Positions 46,473 through 55,046 of a DNA stretch of 64,000 nt are shown piece after piece. Source of the DNA: Alphaproteobacteria bacterium (GTDB taxonomy: Bacteria > Pseudomonadota > Alphaproteobacteria > UBA9655); NCBI GenBank assembly GCA_019746105.1, contig JAIESK010000023.1:8982-72981 (forward strand), in the 5' to 3' direction. Within the stretch, counting starts at the first letter, position 1; each line of letters begins with the position of its first letter. The translations under genes were made by a program, and so were the position numbers. Under the pieces are notes generated by a model, which saw nothing but the letters and a program-made list of their open reading frames with translations, did no database searches and was not told the origin of the DNA.

Positions 46473-47104
46473 TGAAAATATTGGCCATTGATACTACAGC
46501 TTGGAATTGTTCAGTTGCTTTTTGGAAAAATGGGCAAGAGTTAGCTTTTCATGAAGAAATCTCTGAAAGAGATCAAGCTGCTCTTTTACCTCAGTTGGTA
46601 AAAAAAAGTCTTGGTGATTCTCTTCCTGATCAAGTCATTGTTAACTTAGGTCCTGGCTCATTTACTGGAATTCGTGTTGGCCTTTCTTTTGCAAAAGGAT
46701 TTGCTATGGGTTTAGGTATTCCTTTAAAAGGAATGGATAGTTTTTTAACTAATTTTCTCTGCCTTCATAATCAAGAAGACATTCTTATTTTAATTGAAGC
46801 TCATCGCAAAGATGTTTTTGGAAGACGTTTTATTAATGGAACTCCTCAACAACCCCAAAATTTAGAGCGAGAAGATCTTGAAAAAATTCTCAAAACCTCT
46901 TCTCCTCCCTCTCTTGCAGGAAATGGAATTCATCCTTTCCTCGATGGACTTGACTTCAACGAAATTTCAATCCCCTGGCAAGGGGCTCAAAAGCTAGCAA
47001 TCGCCTTTTTTAAAAACCCAGCTCTATTTGTCGAACCCCATGCTTTTTATGCTCGTGAAGCTGATGTAAACCCTTTCAAAAAGTCATGTTTATCACACCA
47101 CTAG
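46472..47104 (+). CDS. tsaB: tRNA threonylcarbamoyladenosine biosynthesis protein TsaB
   Basis: MKILAIDTTAWNCSVAF start (ATG at 46472 overlapping the lpxL TAA). GPGSFTGIRVG block present. Confidence 0.85.
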   Translation: MKILAIDTTAWNCSVAFWKNGQELAFHEEISERDQAALLPQLVKKSLGDSLPDQVIVNLGPGSFTGIRVGLSFAKGFAMGLGIPLKGMDSFLTNFLCLHNQEDILILIEAHRKDVFGRRFINGTPQQPQNLEREDLEKILKTSSPPSLAGNGIHPFLDGLDFNEISIPWQGAQKLAIAFFKNPALFVEPHAFYAREADVNPFKKSCLSHH

Positions 47105-47541
47105 TACAAAGCGACTGCTCAAAAGCATCCCTTCTTCATCAACAATCTTTTTATAAGGGGTGGACAGAAAAAGATTTTAAAGACTTTCTCAACGATCCCC
47201 TTATTTATGGGTTAAAAATCACAAAGGACGATGTCCTCACAAGTATTATTTTATGGCGAGAAGTCGGAAACGAAGCTGAAATTTTAACATTAATCGTTGA
47301 TGCAACCTACCAGAAGCAAGGACTAGCGAGTTTACTTTTAAAAACTCTTATGACTCACTTAGTTCATAAAAATATTTCACAAGTTTTTCTTGAAGTTGCG
47401 GAAGATAATGAAGTGGCACTTTATTTTTATAAAAAGTATGGTTTTCATCTATTAAACAAACGTCCACAATACTATAAAAGAGAAGGAAATAAGTGTGTTA
47501 CAGCCTTGAACCTTATGAAAAAACTCTCGAGAGAGAACTAA
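47086..47541 (+). CDS. rimI: ribosomal-protein-alanine N-acetyltransferase (GNAT)
   Basis: 151 aa. GNAT motif A is QKQGLASLLL. Conserved tsaB-rimI pairing. Confidence 0.8.
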   Translation: MFITPLVQSDCSKASLLHQQSFYKGWTEKDFKDFLNDPLIYGLKITKDDVLTSIILWREVGNEAEILTLIVDATYQKQGLASLLLKTLMTHLVHKNISQVFLEVAEDNEVALYFYKKYGFHLLNKRPQYYKREGNKCVTALNLMKKLSREN

Positions 47542-47578
47542 TGAAAATTTTTTATTTTTAAAAATATATAGAAAAGTG

Positions 47579-47607
47579 TTGAATACTTTTTATTAATGTA
47601 ATATAGA
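47579..47607 (+). promoter_or_regulatory. sigma70-like promoter candidate for the mucR-like gene (TTGAAT-17 nt-TATAGA)
   Basis: ttgaat at 47579-47584, a 17-nt spacer, then tataga at 47602-47607. It lies 33 nt upstream of the ATG at 47640. Sequence match only. Confidence 0.3.
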
Positions 47608-47639
47608 AAGTGGTAATTAACTATGGAGAAAGGTTGAAA

Positions 47640-48068
47640 ATGACTCAAAGAATAGATTCCAACAATGTTATTGAATTAGTCGTAGACGTTGTTGCGTCTT
47701 ACGTTTCTAACAATGAAATAGACGTACAGGAACTTCCTGCACTGATTCAACAAGTTCATCGTAGCCTCTGCAATTTAGGATCAGCGCGGTCTTATTTATT
47801 ACAAGACCGTTCAGAACCCATTGTTCCTATTGAGGATTCGGTGCACCCAGATTATATTGTTTGTCTTGAGGATGGACGTCGTTTAAAAATGTTAAAACGC
47901 CATCTAAGAACAGCTTACAATATGACACCTGATCAATATCGTGAGCGTTGGGGGTTGTCTCCTGACTACCCTATGGTAGCTCCGAATTACGCAAAGCGTC
48001 GCAGTAACCTCGCCAAAGATATCGGCCTTGGAACTCGCCGCGAACGTCAACGTAATATTGCAGCTTAA
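47640..48068 (+). CDS. mucR: MucR/Ros-family transcriptional regulator
   Basis: C-terminal block YIVCLEDGRRLKMLKRHLRTAYNMTPDQYRERWGLSPDYPMVAPNYAKRRSNLAKDIGLG aligns with Agrobacterium Ros ([60 protein letters not shown]). ATG at 47640 lies behind GGAGAAAGG. Confidence 0.9.
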   Translation: MTQRIDSNNVIELVVDVVASYVSNNEIDVQELPALIQQVHRSLCNLGSARSYLLQDRSEPIVPIEDSVHPDYIVCLEDGRRLKMLKRHLRTAYNMTPDQYRERWGLSPDYPMVAPNYAKRRSNLAKDIGLGTRRERQRNIAA

Positions 48069-48083
48069 TAAATAGGCAAAGAA

Positions 48084-48126
48084 GGCACCAGCGTTGATTC
48101 AATGCAACGTTGGTGCTTTTTTATTT
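48084..48126 (+). terminator. rho-independent terminator after the mucR-like gene
   Basis: 12-bp stem GCACCAGCGTTG/CAACGTTGGTGC (48085-48096 / 48105-48116, one G-U pair), an 8-nt loop, then TTTTTTATTT. Confidence 0.75.
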
Positions 48127-48136
48127 AAGGAAGTAC

Positions 48137-48568
48137 ATGAGACTTTCTCATCTTGAAAAGACTTGCCAAGAAAAGGGTTTAAGAATGACTGCACAACGAC
48201 GCGTCATTGCCCGAGTTTTGTCAGCATCCGAAGATCACCCAAACATTGAAGAAGTCTATAAACGCGTACAACAAATTGATTCAAAAATTAGTCTAGCAAC
48301 TGTTTATCGGACCTTGCGCTTATTCCAAGAAGAACATATCTTAAAGCGGCATGAGTTTGGTGATGGAATTGTGCGTTATGAAAATGCTTCTGCTGAGCAC
48401 CATCATCATTTAATTGATAAAGGTACAGGACAGATTATTGAGTTTTATAATGATCAAATCGAAACTCTTCAGCAGGAAATAGCGAAGAGCTTAGGGTATA
48501 AACTTGTGGGTCATCGCCTTGAATTGTATGGAGTTCCTTTAACAAAGGGTAAAAAGAAAAAAAGTTAG
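48137..48568 (+). CDS. irr: Fur-family regulator, Irr-like (iron response regulator)
   Basis: MRLSHLEKTCQEKGLRMTAQRRVIARVL winged-helix start. A His cluster AEHHHHLID sits where Irr proteins carry the HxH heme-binding motif. There are no C-terminal CxxC pairs. ATG at 48137 lies behind AAGGAAG. Confidence 0.7.
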   Translation: MRLSHLEKTCQEKGLRMTAQRRVIARVLSASEDHPNIEEVYKRVQQIDSKISLATVYRTLRLFQEEHILKRHEFGDGIVRYENASAEHHHHLIDKGTGQIIEFYNDQIETLQQEIAKSLGYKLVGHRLELYGVPLTKGKKKKS

Positions 48569-48570
48569 TT

Positions 48571-49395
48571 ATGATAGAAAATATAAATTCATTACCTTTT
48601 AAACAATTTTCAAAGACTCTTCCCGTGTTGAAGTCGGGTACACTTGAAGCACGTCTTGCGAGCACAGAAGAAGAAGTTCGAGCAGCTCAAGCTTTACGAT
48701 ATGAAGTTTTTTATGAAGAATGCGGAGCACAACCAGACCCAGAAATGGCTCTTTCAAAGAGAGACTCATCCCTTATTGATGATTTCTGCGATGTTTTATT
48801 AGTTATTGATCACGCAAAAAACAAAATCGTAGGCACCTATCGTTTTATGTTGAGGGAAGCCGCCGAACAGTACGGCGATTATTACACGTCTACAGAATTT
48901 GAAATTAGTAAGATTACTTCTTTTCCAGGACAAGTTATGGAATTAGGCCGCTCCTGTGTTCAAAAAGAATATAGGACAAAACCAACCATGCAACTTTTAT
49001 GGCGAGGTATTGGAGCTTATATTCAACGAAACAATGTAAATTTATGCTTTGGATGCGCTAGTTTTATCGGAACAGACATTCAAAAATATAGTCAAGCTCT
49101 TGCTTATCTATATCATAATCATTTAGCTCCTCCTGAACTCCGTGTCCACGCCCTTGCGAATCATTATCAGGATATGAACCTTATTCCAAAAGATAAAATA
49201 GATAAAAAAGAAGCCATGCGACAACTTCCTCCCCTCATCAAGGGTTACCTTCGACTTGGCGCTTTTGTAGGAGAAGGAGCTTTCATCGATCAAAGTTTTA
49301 ATTCACTGGACGTATGTATTATTGTGATGAGAGAAACTGTGACAGGAAGATACTCAAATAAATATGTTTCTCCGCCTTTCGGTGAGGACGTTTGA
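48571..49395 (+). CDS. olsB: GNAT-type ornithine N-acyltransferase (lyso-ornithine lipid synthase, OlsB-like)
   Basis: 274 aa from the 'putative hemolysin'-type GNAT family (RLASTEEEVRAAQALRYEVFYEE ... ELGRSCV). It is followed and overlapped by an acyltransferase, as in olsBA. Confidence 0.7.
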   Translation: MIENINSLPFKQFSKTLPVLKSGTLEARLASTEEEVRAAQALRYEVFYEECGAQPDPEMALSKRDSSLIDDFCDVLLVIDHAKNKIVGTYRFMLREAAEQYGDYYTSTEFEISKITSFPGQVMELGRSCVQKEYRTKPTMQLLWRGIGAYIQRNNVNLCFGCASFIGTDIQKYSQALAYLYHNHLAPPELRVHALANHYQDMNLIPKDKIDKKEAMRQLPPLIKGYLRLGAFVGEGAFIDQSFNSLDVCIIVMRETVTGRYSNKYVSPPFGEDV

Positions 49396-50186
49396 TGCCC
49401 CAATCACCTGGACTTGCCCTCTGGCGTTTTATTCTCATTATTCTTATTTTTTTAACCTACACACCTCTTTATTGGTTTTTACTTAAGATTTATCAACCTC
49501 TTGGATTTCGCTTTGGACGATTTTATCTCTCCAGTTGGCGCAAGTGCATTGGGCATCAACTCATTATAAAGGGAGAACTTTCTAAAGAAAAACCAACGCT
49601 TTTTGTCTGTAACCACTCTAGCTATGTGGATATCCTTATTCTTGGAACATTTGTTCCCGCCCGTTTTGTTGCAAAGCAAGAAGTCGCAAAATGGCCTATC
49701 ATGGGTTGGCTCGCAACGAACCAAGGAACGCTTTATATTGATAGAAGTCGGACTGCGATTGCTGAAGGAACAGATAAATTACTCGACTATATTGATAAAA
49801 AAGAGAGTCTTATCCTTTTCCCAGAAGGCACGACGTCTGATGGGTGCCGCATCCTTCCTTTTGGAAGCTCCTTCTTTGATGTGGCCATGAAAAAAAATGT
49901 AACTGTCCAGCCAATTACTATAGTCTATGCGGGCTGGGATCGCTTACCCATGCCTTATTTTATGCGTAAAGTGTGTGGATGGTTTAGCCCTGATATTGAC
50001 CTTGTTACTCACCTTTGGACAATCGCTCAGTGGGGAACTGTTCAAGTTATTGTGGACATTCATCCTCCTCTTAAAGCAGCTAACTTCCACTCCCGTAAAG
50101 AACTTGCCCAAGAAAGCTATAAATGGGTTCAAAAGGGTCTTCTTGATGCCTTCTCAAAACCTTTATCAGAACAAATGGGTAAATGA
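49392..50186 (+). CDS. olsA: lysolipid O-acyltransferase (OlsA/PlsC family)
   Basis: 264 aa. N-terminal TM segment, HX4D motif NHSSYVD, and FPEGTTS block. Confidence 0.7.
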   Translation: MMPQSPGLALWRFILIILIFLTYTPLYWFLLKIYQPLGFRFGRFYLSSWRKCIGHQLIIKGELSKEKPTLFVCNHSSYVDILILGTFVPARFVAKQEVAKWPIMGWLATNQGTLYIDRSRTAIAEGTDKLLDYIDKKESLILFPEGTTSDGCRILPFGSSFFDVAMKKNVTVQPITIVYAGWDRLPMPYFMRKVCGWFSPDIDLVTHLWTIAQWGTVQVIVDIHPPLKAANFHSRKELAQESYKWVQKGLLDAFSKPLSEQMGK

Positions 50187-51526
50187 TGACTCAAAAAAAT
50201 CTTTATATTAAATCCTATGGCTGTCAAATGAATGTCTATGATTCAGAACGCATGGCTGATATTTTAAAACCCCTGGGTTATGTTCTCAGTTCAACCCCAG
50301 AAAATGCTGATTTGGTGATTCTAAACACTTGCCATATACGAGAAAAAGCGGATGAAAAGGTTTATTCCGACCTGGGACGCATTCAGCCCCATAAGGATAA
50401 AAAAATGGTTCTCGCCGTTGCAGGATGCGTGGCCCAAGCCGAAGGGGCTGAGATCATGCGTCGTGCACCTTACGTAGATTTAGTCTTTGGCCCTCAAACT
50501 TATCATCGTCTTCCTGAAATGATCGCCAGAGCCCAGCGTTCACAAGATAAAAATACAGGTGCGGGACGGGGTATTTTAGATGTGGAATTTCCCATTGAGT
50601 CAAAATTTGATTTTCTCCCTCAAGAACGAGGAAATTTAGGAACTTCTGCTTTTCTCACTATTCAAGAAGGCTGCGATAAATTTTGTACTTTTTGTGTCGT
50701 ACCTTATACCCGTGGTGCAGAATTTTCCCGCCCTGTTCAAGAAATTATCGTAGAAGCTCGCAGTCTTCTTGATCAAGGGGTTAAAGAAATCACTCTCCTA
50801 GGACAAAATGTCAATGCTTATCATGGTCTTCTCGACGGCGAGGAGTGCGGCCTTGGTGATCTTATGGGGCATCTTTCAGCTCTCAAAGGGCTTGAGCGAT
50901 TGCGCTACATGACGTCTCATCCACGAGACATGGATGAGGCTCTCATGATCGCTCACCGCGATATCCCACAAGCTATGCCCTTTCTTCATTTGCCTGTTCA
51001 GTCAGGTTCTAATCGCGTTTTAGAGGCCATGAACCGCAAACACACCCGGGAACATTATTTAGGCCTCATTGAAAAGCTTCGTACCTTCCGCCCAGACATC
51101 GCTATTTCGTCTGATTTTATTGTTGGTTTTCCTGAGGAAACAGACCAGGATTTTGAAGACACCTTAGATCTGGTACGGCAAGTTGTATTTACACAAGCCT
51201 ATACATTTAAATACAGTCCCCGGCTTGGAACTCCAGGAGCACTGATGGAAAATCAGATTCCTGAAGATATCAAAGCTGATCGACTTTTACGTCTTCAAGA
51301 GCTTCTCAATCAACAACAACAAGAGTTTAATGAGTCTTATGTTGGAAAAGTTCTCCCTGTTTTATTTGATCGAATGGGAAAGACGAAAGATCAATATTTA
51401 GGAAAAACACCTTACCTTCAATCAGTGCACGTAACGTCAGACACTTCTCTTTTGGGAAAATGCGTTGATATTTTTATTGAAAAGGCCTTTGCTAATAGCC
51501 TTACAGGATCAATGGTTGTGCAATAA
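50183..51526 (+). CDS. miaB: tRNA-2-methylthio-N6-dimethylallyladenosine synthase
   Basis: 447 aa. N-terminal YIKSYGCQMN, radical-SAM CDKFCTFCVVP, and a TRAM C-terminus. Confidence 0.9.
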   Translation: MMTQKNLYIKSYGCQMNVYDSERMADILKPLGYVLSSTPENADLVILNTCHIREKADEKVYSDLGRIQPHKDKKMVLAVAGCVAQAEGAEIMRRAPYVDLVFGPQTYHRLPEMIARAQRSQDKNTGAGRGILDVEFPIESKFDFLPQERGNLGTSAFLTIQEGCDKFCTFCVVPYTRGAEFSRPVQEIIVEARSLLDQGVKEITLLGQNVNAYHGLLDGEECGLGDLMGHLSALKGLERLRYMTSHPRDMDEALMIAHRDIPQAMPFLHLPVQSGSNRVLEAMNRKHTREHYLGLIEKLRTFRPDIAISSDFIVGFPEETDQDFEDTLDLVRQVVFTQAYTFKYSPRLGTPGALMENQIPEDIKADRLLRLQELLNQQQQEFNESYVGKVLPVLFDRMGKTKDQYLGKTPYLQSVHVTSDTSLLGKCVDIFIEKAFANSLTGSMVVQ

Positions 51527-51596
51527 TGTTAGACAAAGCTAGACATTTTCTAATAACATCTTTATAAACTTTTCTCAGTTATAGGAGATTTTTCAT

Positions 51597-51815
51597 ATGA
51601 AAAAAGAAGTACATCCAAATTACCATGAAATTACAGTCGTTATGACTGATGGAGAGCAGTTTAAAACCCGTTCAACATGGGGAAAAGCTGGTGATACCTT
51701 GCGTCTTGATATCGATCCAAAATCTCACCCCGCGTGGACAGGCGTTCATCGTCTTTTAGATTCTGGAGGTCAGCTTGCTAAATTTAAAGGTCGCTTTAAG
51801 GACCTTGGGATATAG
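51597..51815 (+). CDS. rpmE: 50S ribosomal protein L31
   Basis: 72 aa. [27 protein letters not shown]. Confidence 0.9.
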   Translation: MKKEVHPNYHEITVVMTDGEQFKTRSTWGKAGDTLRLDIDPKSHPAWTGVHRLLDSGGQLAKFKGRFKDLGI

Positions 51816-51830
51816 ATTATCTCAAGAATT

Positions 51831-52511
51831 TTAATTTTTCCACAAGGGCTGTTTCAATTTTTCTATAAGCTCTTGATGAAGGGTAAGTTCTTCTTGTGTG
51901 GGATTATGAGGACGGGGGGAACGAAAGGTCTTTTCTTCCTTTATTTTTTCAATTGTTTCTCTCTCTTTTTGAGAAACATGAAGGGAAAGAGTAGGTTGCT
52001 TTCCTCCCATGAGCTCAAGATAAACTTGGGCTAATAACTCTGCATCTAGAAGAGCACCATGTTTGTCCCGCGCTTTATTATCCACCCCAAAACGCTTACA
52101 AAGCGCATCAAGGCTTGCTGGAGATCCAGGAAACTTTTTTCTAGCTATCAAAAGGGTGTCAATGGCCCGTTCAAAAGGAACCTCTCTCAATTCATGGGTT
52201 TTAAGCTCTGCATTTATAAATTTCATATCAAATTTTGCATTGTGAATCACAAGGGGAGAGTCTTCAATAAAGTCTAAAAAGAGGGAGCCAACATCACGAA
52301 AAAAGGGATGAGATTTTAGAAAATCATAGGAAAGCCCATGGACATTGTAAGCTTCTTCAGGGACATCTCTTTCAGGATTTATGTAGGTATGAAAAACCCT
52401 TCCCGTGGGGAGGTGATTGATAAGTTCAACACACCCAATCTCAACAAGGCGGTGACCTTGAGAAGGTTCAAATCCAGTCGTTTCCGTATCTAAAACAATT
52501 TCGCGCGCCAT
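51831..52511 (-). CDS. dnaQ: DNA polymerase III epsilon subunit (3'-5' exonuclease)
   Basis: 226 aa. Exo I is VLDTETTG, Exo II is HNAKFDMKF, and Exo III is HGALLDAELLAQVY. Confidence 0.9.
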   Translation of the reverse strand: MAREIVLDTETTGFEPSQGHRLVEIGCVELINHLPTGRVFHTYINPERDVPEEAYNVHGLSYDFLKSHPFFRDVGSLFLDFIEDSPLVIHNAKFDMKFINAELKTHELREVPFERAIDTLLIARKKFPGSPASLDALCKRFGVDNKARDKHGALLDAELLAQVYLELMGGKQPTLSLHVSQKERETIEKIKEEKTFRSPRPHNPTQEELTLHQELIEKLKQPLWKN

Positions 52512-52585
52512 AGATTTTCCTTCCGATCTTGATGCTTGAACGATAGACTACCAACATCTTTCCGTCCAGAAAGAAAAAGTTTTTG

Positions 52586-52622
52586 TTAAAAAACTTTCAC
52601 CGACCCCCATCGGGATCGGTGA
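52586..52622 (-). terminator. rho-independent terminator after the Cys-rich peptide gene
   Basis: Inverted repeat tcaccga (52597-52603) / tcggtga (52616-52622), with an inner CCC/GGG extension. On the minus strand it is followed by a U6 tract (plus-strand aaaaaa at 52588-52593). Lies between the peptide gene and the dnaQ start. Confidence 0.6.
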
Positions 52623-52646
52623 AAATCGAACTTTAGTCTTGTTTCT

Positions 52647-52868
52647 TTAGTAGTTGTACCAAAAACCAAGTTTTGGACAACAAGTAACTCCACAAGGCGT
52701 ACAAACTTGTTCCATACGTTGCATTTTCATCGTAGGTGCGCATGTATCACAAACAGCTGATGGCCTTGGGCAGCAATCGCCACATGTGTTTCCAAAACCC
52801 AAGAATGCTTGAGCATCTACAGCAAAAAATGCAGTTCCTAAAAATGCTAATGTTGCTAACTTTTTCAT
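52647..52868 (-). CDS. small secreted cysteine-rich protein (73-aa precursor, predicted 52-aa mature peptide with 9 Cys)
   Basis: ATG at 52866-52868 lies 6 nt after GGAGGA. Signal peptide MKKLATLAFLGTAFFAVDAQA. Mature peptide is FLGFGNTCGDCCPRPSAVCDTCAPTMKMQRMEQVCTPCGVTCCPKLGFWYNY. It has its own terminator. No family recognised. Confidence 0.65.
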   Translation of the reverse strand: MKKLATLAFLGTAFFAVDAQAFLGFGNTCGDCCPRPSAVCDTCAPTMKMQRMEQVCTPCGVTCCPKLGFWYNY

Positions 52869-52988
52869 AATTTCCTCCAATTGGTTAAAGTTATCACATT
52901 TGATTTTTTTTATTATTGTTAAAAACAAGAATAGATAAAATTTGATAATTTTTTATTAAAAAATGAAACTTTTTTTAGATTATTTTTT

Positions 52989-53630
52989 TTATAAGTTTTT
53001 GCATACACTTATCGGCCATTTTCCTTGCCACCGACGGGGATTTTTTTGAGAAATAAGATCTAAAATGTATTTTACTCTTTTAAAAGCGCTTCCTTTTTCT
53101 CTCCCACAAGGAATAACAAAATCTCCTTTTTTCCGCCTTTGAAGGTCATTCATTTGTTCCCCATCAAAGATTTTAAACTTCTTAAGCGTCATCCCTTTTC
53201 GTCGAAGAACTCTCTTTTTTCTAAGGAAAAGAGGAGTTGAAGCAATAACAACAAAATGACAATAACGATCAAGTCCGACTTCAAAAAGTAAGGGAATATC
53301 AAGAGCCACAACTTTTCGTCTTTGAGCTTGGTTCCTTTTTAGAAACTCTTTTTGAGACTCAAGAAGTTTTGGATAAAGAATTTCTTCTAGAAATTTTAGA
53401 TCCGAAGAAGAAGATAAAACAAAATCCCCTAATACTTTTCGATCAATTTTTCCTTTAATAAATGCCTTTGGCCACCGCGCTTTAATTCTTTTTTGAATGT
53501 CCCCATCATGGGCAAGAAGAAAATGAATACACTTATCAGATGAATGCACAGGAACTCCCAAGGACACAAATGATCTAGAGAGAAAGGACTTTCCTGCTCC
53601 AATTCCTCCCGTAATTCCAATTATCCACAT
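52989..53630 (-). CDS. coaE: dephospho-CoA kinase
   Basis: MWIIGITGGIGAGKS P-loop start (ATG at 53628-53630). Confidence 0.85.
   Translation of the reverse strand: MWIIGITGGIGAGKSFLSRSFVSLGVPVHSSDKCIHFLLAHDGDIQKRIKARWPKAFIKGKIDRKVLGDFVLSSSSDLKFLEEILYPKLLESQKEFLKRNQAQRRKVVALDIPLLFEVGLDRYCHFVVIASTPLFLRKKRVLRRKGMTLKKFKIFDGEQMNDLQRRKKGDFVIPCGREKGSAFKRVKYILDLISQKNPRRWQGKWPISVCKNL
53621..53629 (+). promoter_or_regulatory. perfect DnaA box TTATCCACA (overlaps the coaE start codon)
   Basis: The plus strand reads ttatccaca at 53621-53629. Confidence 0.5.
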
Positions 53631-53811
53631 AAACAAGTCTCACTTATGTATAACCTAGGGATTCTTTTTGTAAAAAAGAGGGATTTCTTTTTGAACACTT
53701 TTTTTAGGGGATAACCTGAGAATATCTCCAAAACACCCCCCTTGTGATTTCTTTTTTTAAGATCTGTGTGTAACAAAAAAAAATTGGAGTTTTCCCTTTT
53801 ATTTATATATT

Positions 53812-53820
53812 TTATCCACA
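53812..53820 (+). promoter_or_regulatory. perfect DnaA box TTATCCACA in the coaE<>hemE intergenic region
   Basis: The plus strand reads ttatccaca at 53812-53820, immediately after a 19-nt A/T-only run (53797-53815). Confidence 0.55.
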
Positions 53821-54020
53821 AAGAAATGTTCGAGTATGTCATTAGAATAAAGCCAATTTTCAAACTTTTCCACCTTTTTCATAGTCCATAATCTCCTAGA
53901 TTTGTAGATAAATTTAAGCTATGGATAAGTCTGGTATAAAAAATGATCCCCATCATTCTGTGTATATACAACAACTACAATCTTTTATAATTTAATATAT
54001 AAAGGAAGAGGGTTTATCCA

Positions 54021-55046
54021 ATGTCCCAGTTTTTAGATATCTTTAAGGGAATAAAATCATGTTGTCCTCCCATCTGGTTCATGCGCCAAGCAGGACGATA
54101 TCTTCCTGAGTATCTTGAAGTTAGAAAAAGGTGTAAAGGGTTTCTTGATTTATGTTATAATCCAGAACTTGCTGCAGAAGTTACTCTTCAACCATTGAAG
54201 CGTTTTCCTTTAGATGCAGCCATTATTTTCTCAGATATTTTAGTTATTCCTCATGCCCTTGGTCAAAAGGTTTCTTTTGAGGAAGGGACAGGTCCAAAAC
54301 TTGATCCCCTTTCCCTAGATTCTTTTGAAGAACGCCTCACCTTCAAAAATTTCTTTAAAAATGCAGCTCCCGTATATCAAACAATTCACCTCACAAAATC
54401 AAGGCTCTCTCCCTCAAAAGCTCTCATTGGATTTGCAGGGGCCCCCTGGACTCTAGCCCTTTATATGATTGAAGGTGAGGGAAGTCGTGACTTTGCCAAA
54501 GCAAAAGGACAAGCCTTTGAGAATGAAAAAGTTTTTACCGCTCTTCTTGATTATCTTTCTGAAGTGGTTTCTCTTCACCTTATTGAACAAGTTAAAGCAG
54601 GGGTGCAGACCTTGCAGCTATTCGATACATGGGCAGGCCTTTGCCCAGCAACACATTTTGAAAAGTGGATTACTTCTCCAACACGAAAAATTGTGTCCAA
54701 CCTTAGTGAAGCCTTTCCAAACCTTCCTTTCATTGGCTTTCCAAAAGGTATTGGGACAAATCTCGGTGAGTATGTAACTCAAACTAAAATTTCTGGGGTG
54801 AGTTTAGATATAAGTACCCCCATTTCGTGGGCTACAGAAAATCTTCCCTCTTCTCTTATCTTAGAAGGAAATCTAGACCCTGTCTTGTTGGTTGCAGGGG
54901 GAGAAAGTTTAAAAAAGGCTATTTTCTCGATTCATGAGGAAATGCAAGGTAGGCCTTATATATTTAACTTAGGACATGGTATTCTTCCCCAAACTCCCCC
55001 TTCTCATGTGGAGACATGTGTTCAGATCGTTAAAGGACTAAGATGA
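54021..55046 (+). CDS. hemE: uroporphyrinogen decarboxylase
   Basis: 341 aa. Blocks PPIWFMRQAGRYLPEY and IIFSDILV. Confidence 0.9.
   Translation: MSQFLDIFKGIKSCCPPIWFMRQAGRYLPEYLEVRKRCKGFLDLCYNPELAAEVTLQPLKRFPLDAAIIFSDILVIPHALGQKVSFEEGTGPKLDPLSLDSFEERLTFKNFFKNAAPVYQTIHLTKSRLSPSKALIGFAGAPWTLALYMIEGEGSRDFAKAKGQAFENEKVFTALLDYLSEVVSLHLIEQVKAGVQTLQLFDTWAGLCPATHFEKWITSPTRKIVSNLSEAFPNLPFIGFPKGIGTNLGEYVTQTKISGVSLDISTPISWATENLPSSLILEGNLDPVLLVAGGESLKKAIFSIHEEMQGRPYIFNLGHGILPQTPPSHVETCVQIVKGLR

Larger units (their letters stand above)
53621..54022. other. candidate chromosomal replication origin (oriC)
   Basis: An approximately 390-bp AT-rich gap between divergent coaE and hemE. Two perfect DnaA boxes, one 8/9 box (53920-53928, minus strand TTATCCATA) and four 7/9 boxes (53706-53714, 53765-53773, 53959-53967, 54014-54022). 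A/T-only runs at 53797-53815 and 53983-54003. hemE-adjacent origins are the alphaproteobacterial norm, and parS/parAB lie 4 kb away. Confidence 0.55.

Noticed and set aside
53621-53863. An 80-aa minus-strand track ORF in the coaE<>hemE gap.
   Set aside because: It is AT-rich, low-complexity and Lys/Phe/Leu-rich, with no RBS. It overlaps the coaE start and lies in the region better explained as origin DNA.
53641-54020. CtrA-binding sites (TTAA-N7-TTAA) in the candidate origin.
   Set aside because: Only a half-match was found (TTAA-N7-ATAA at 53914-53928). This is not enough to claim CtrA control.
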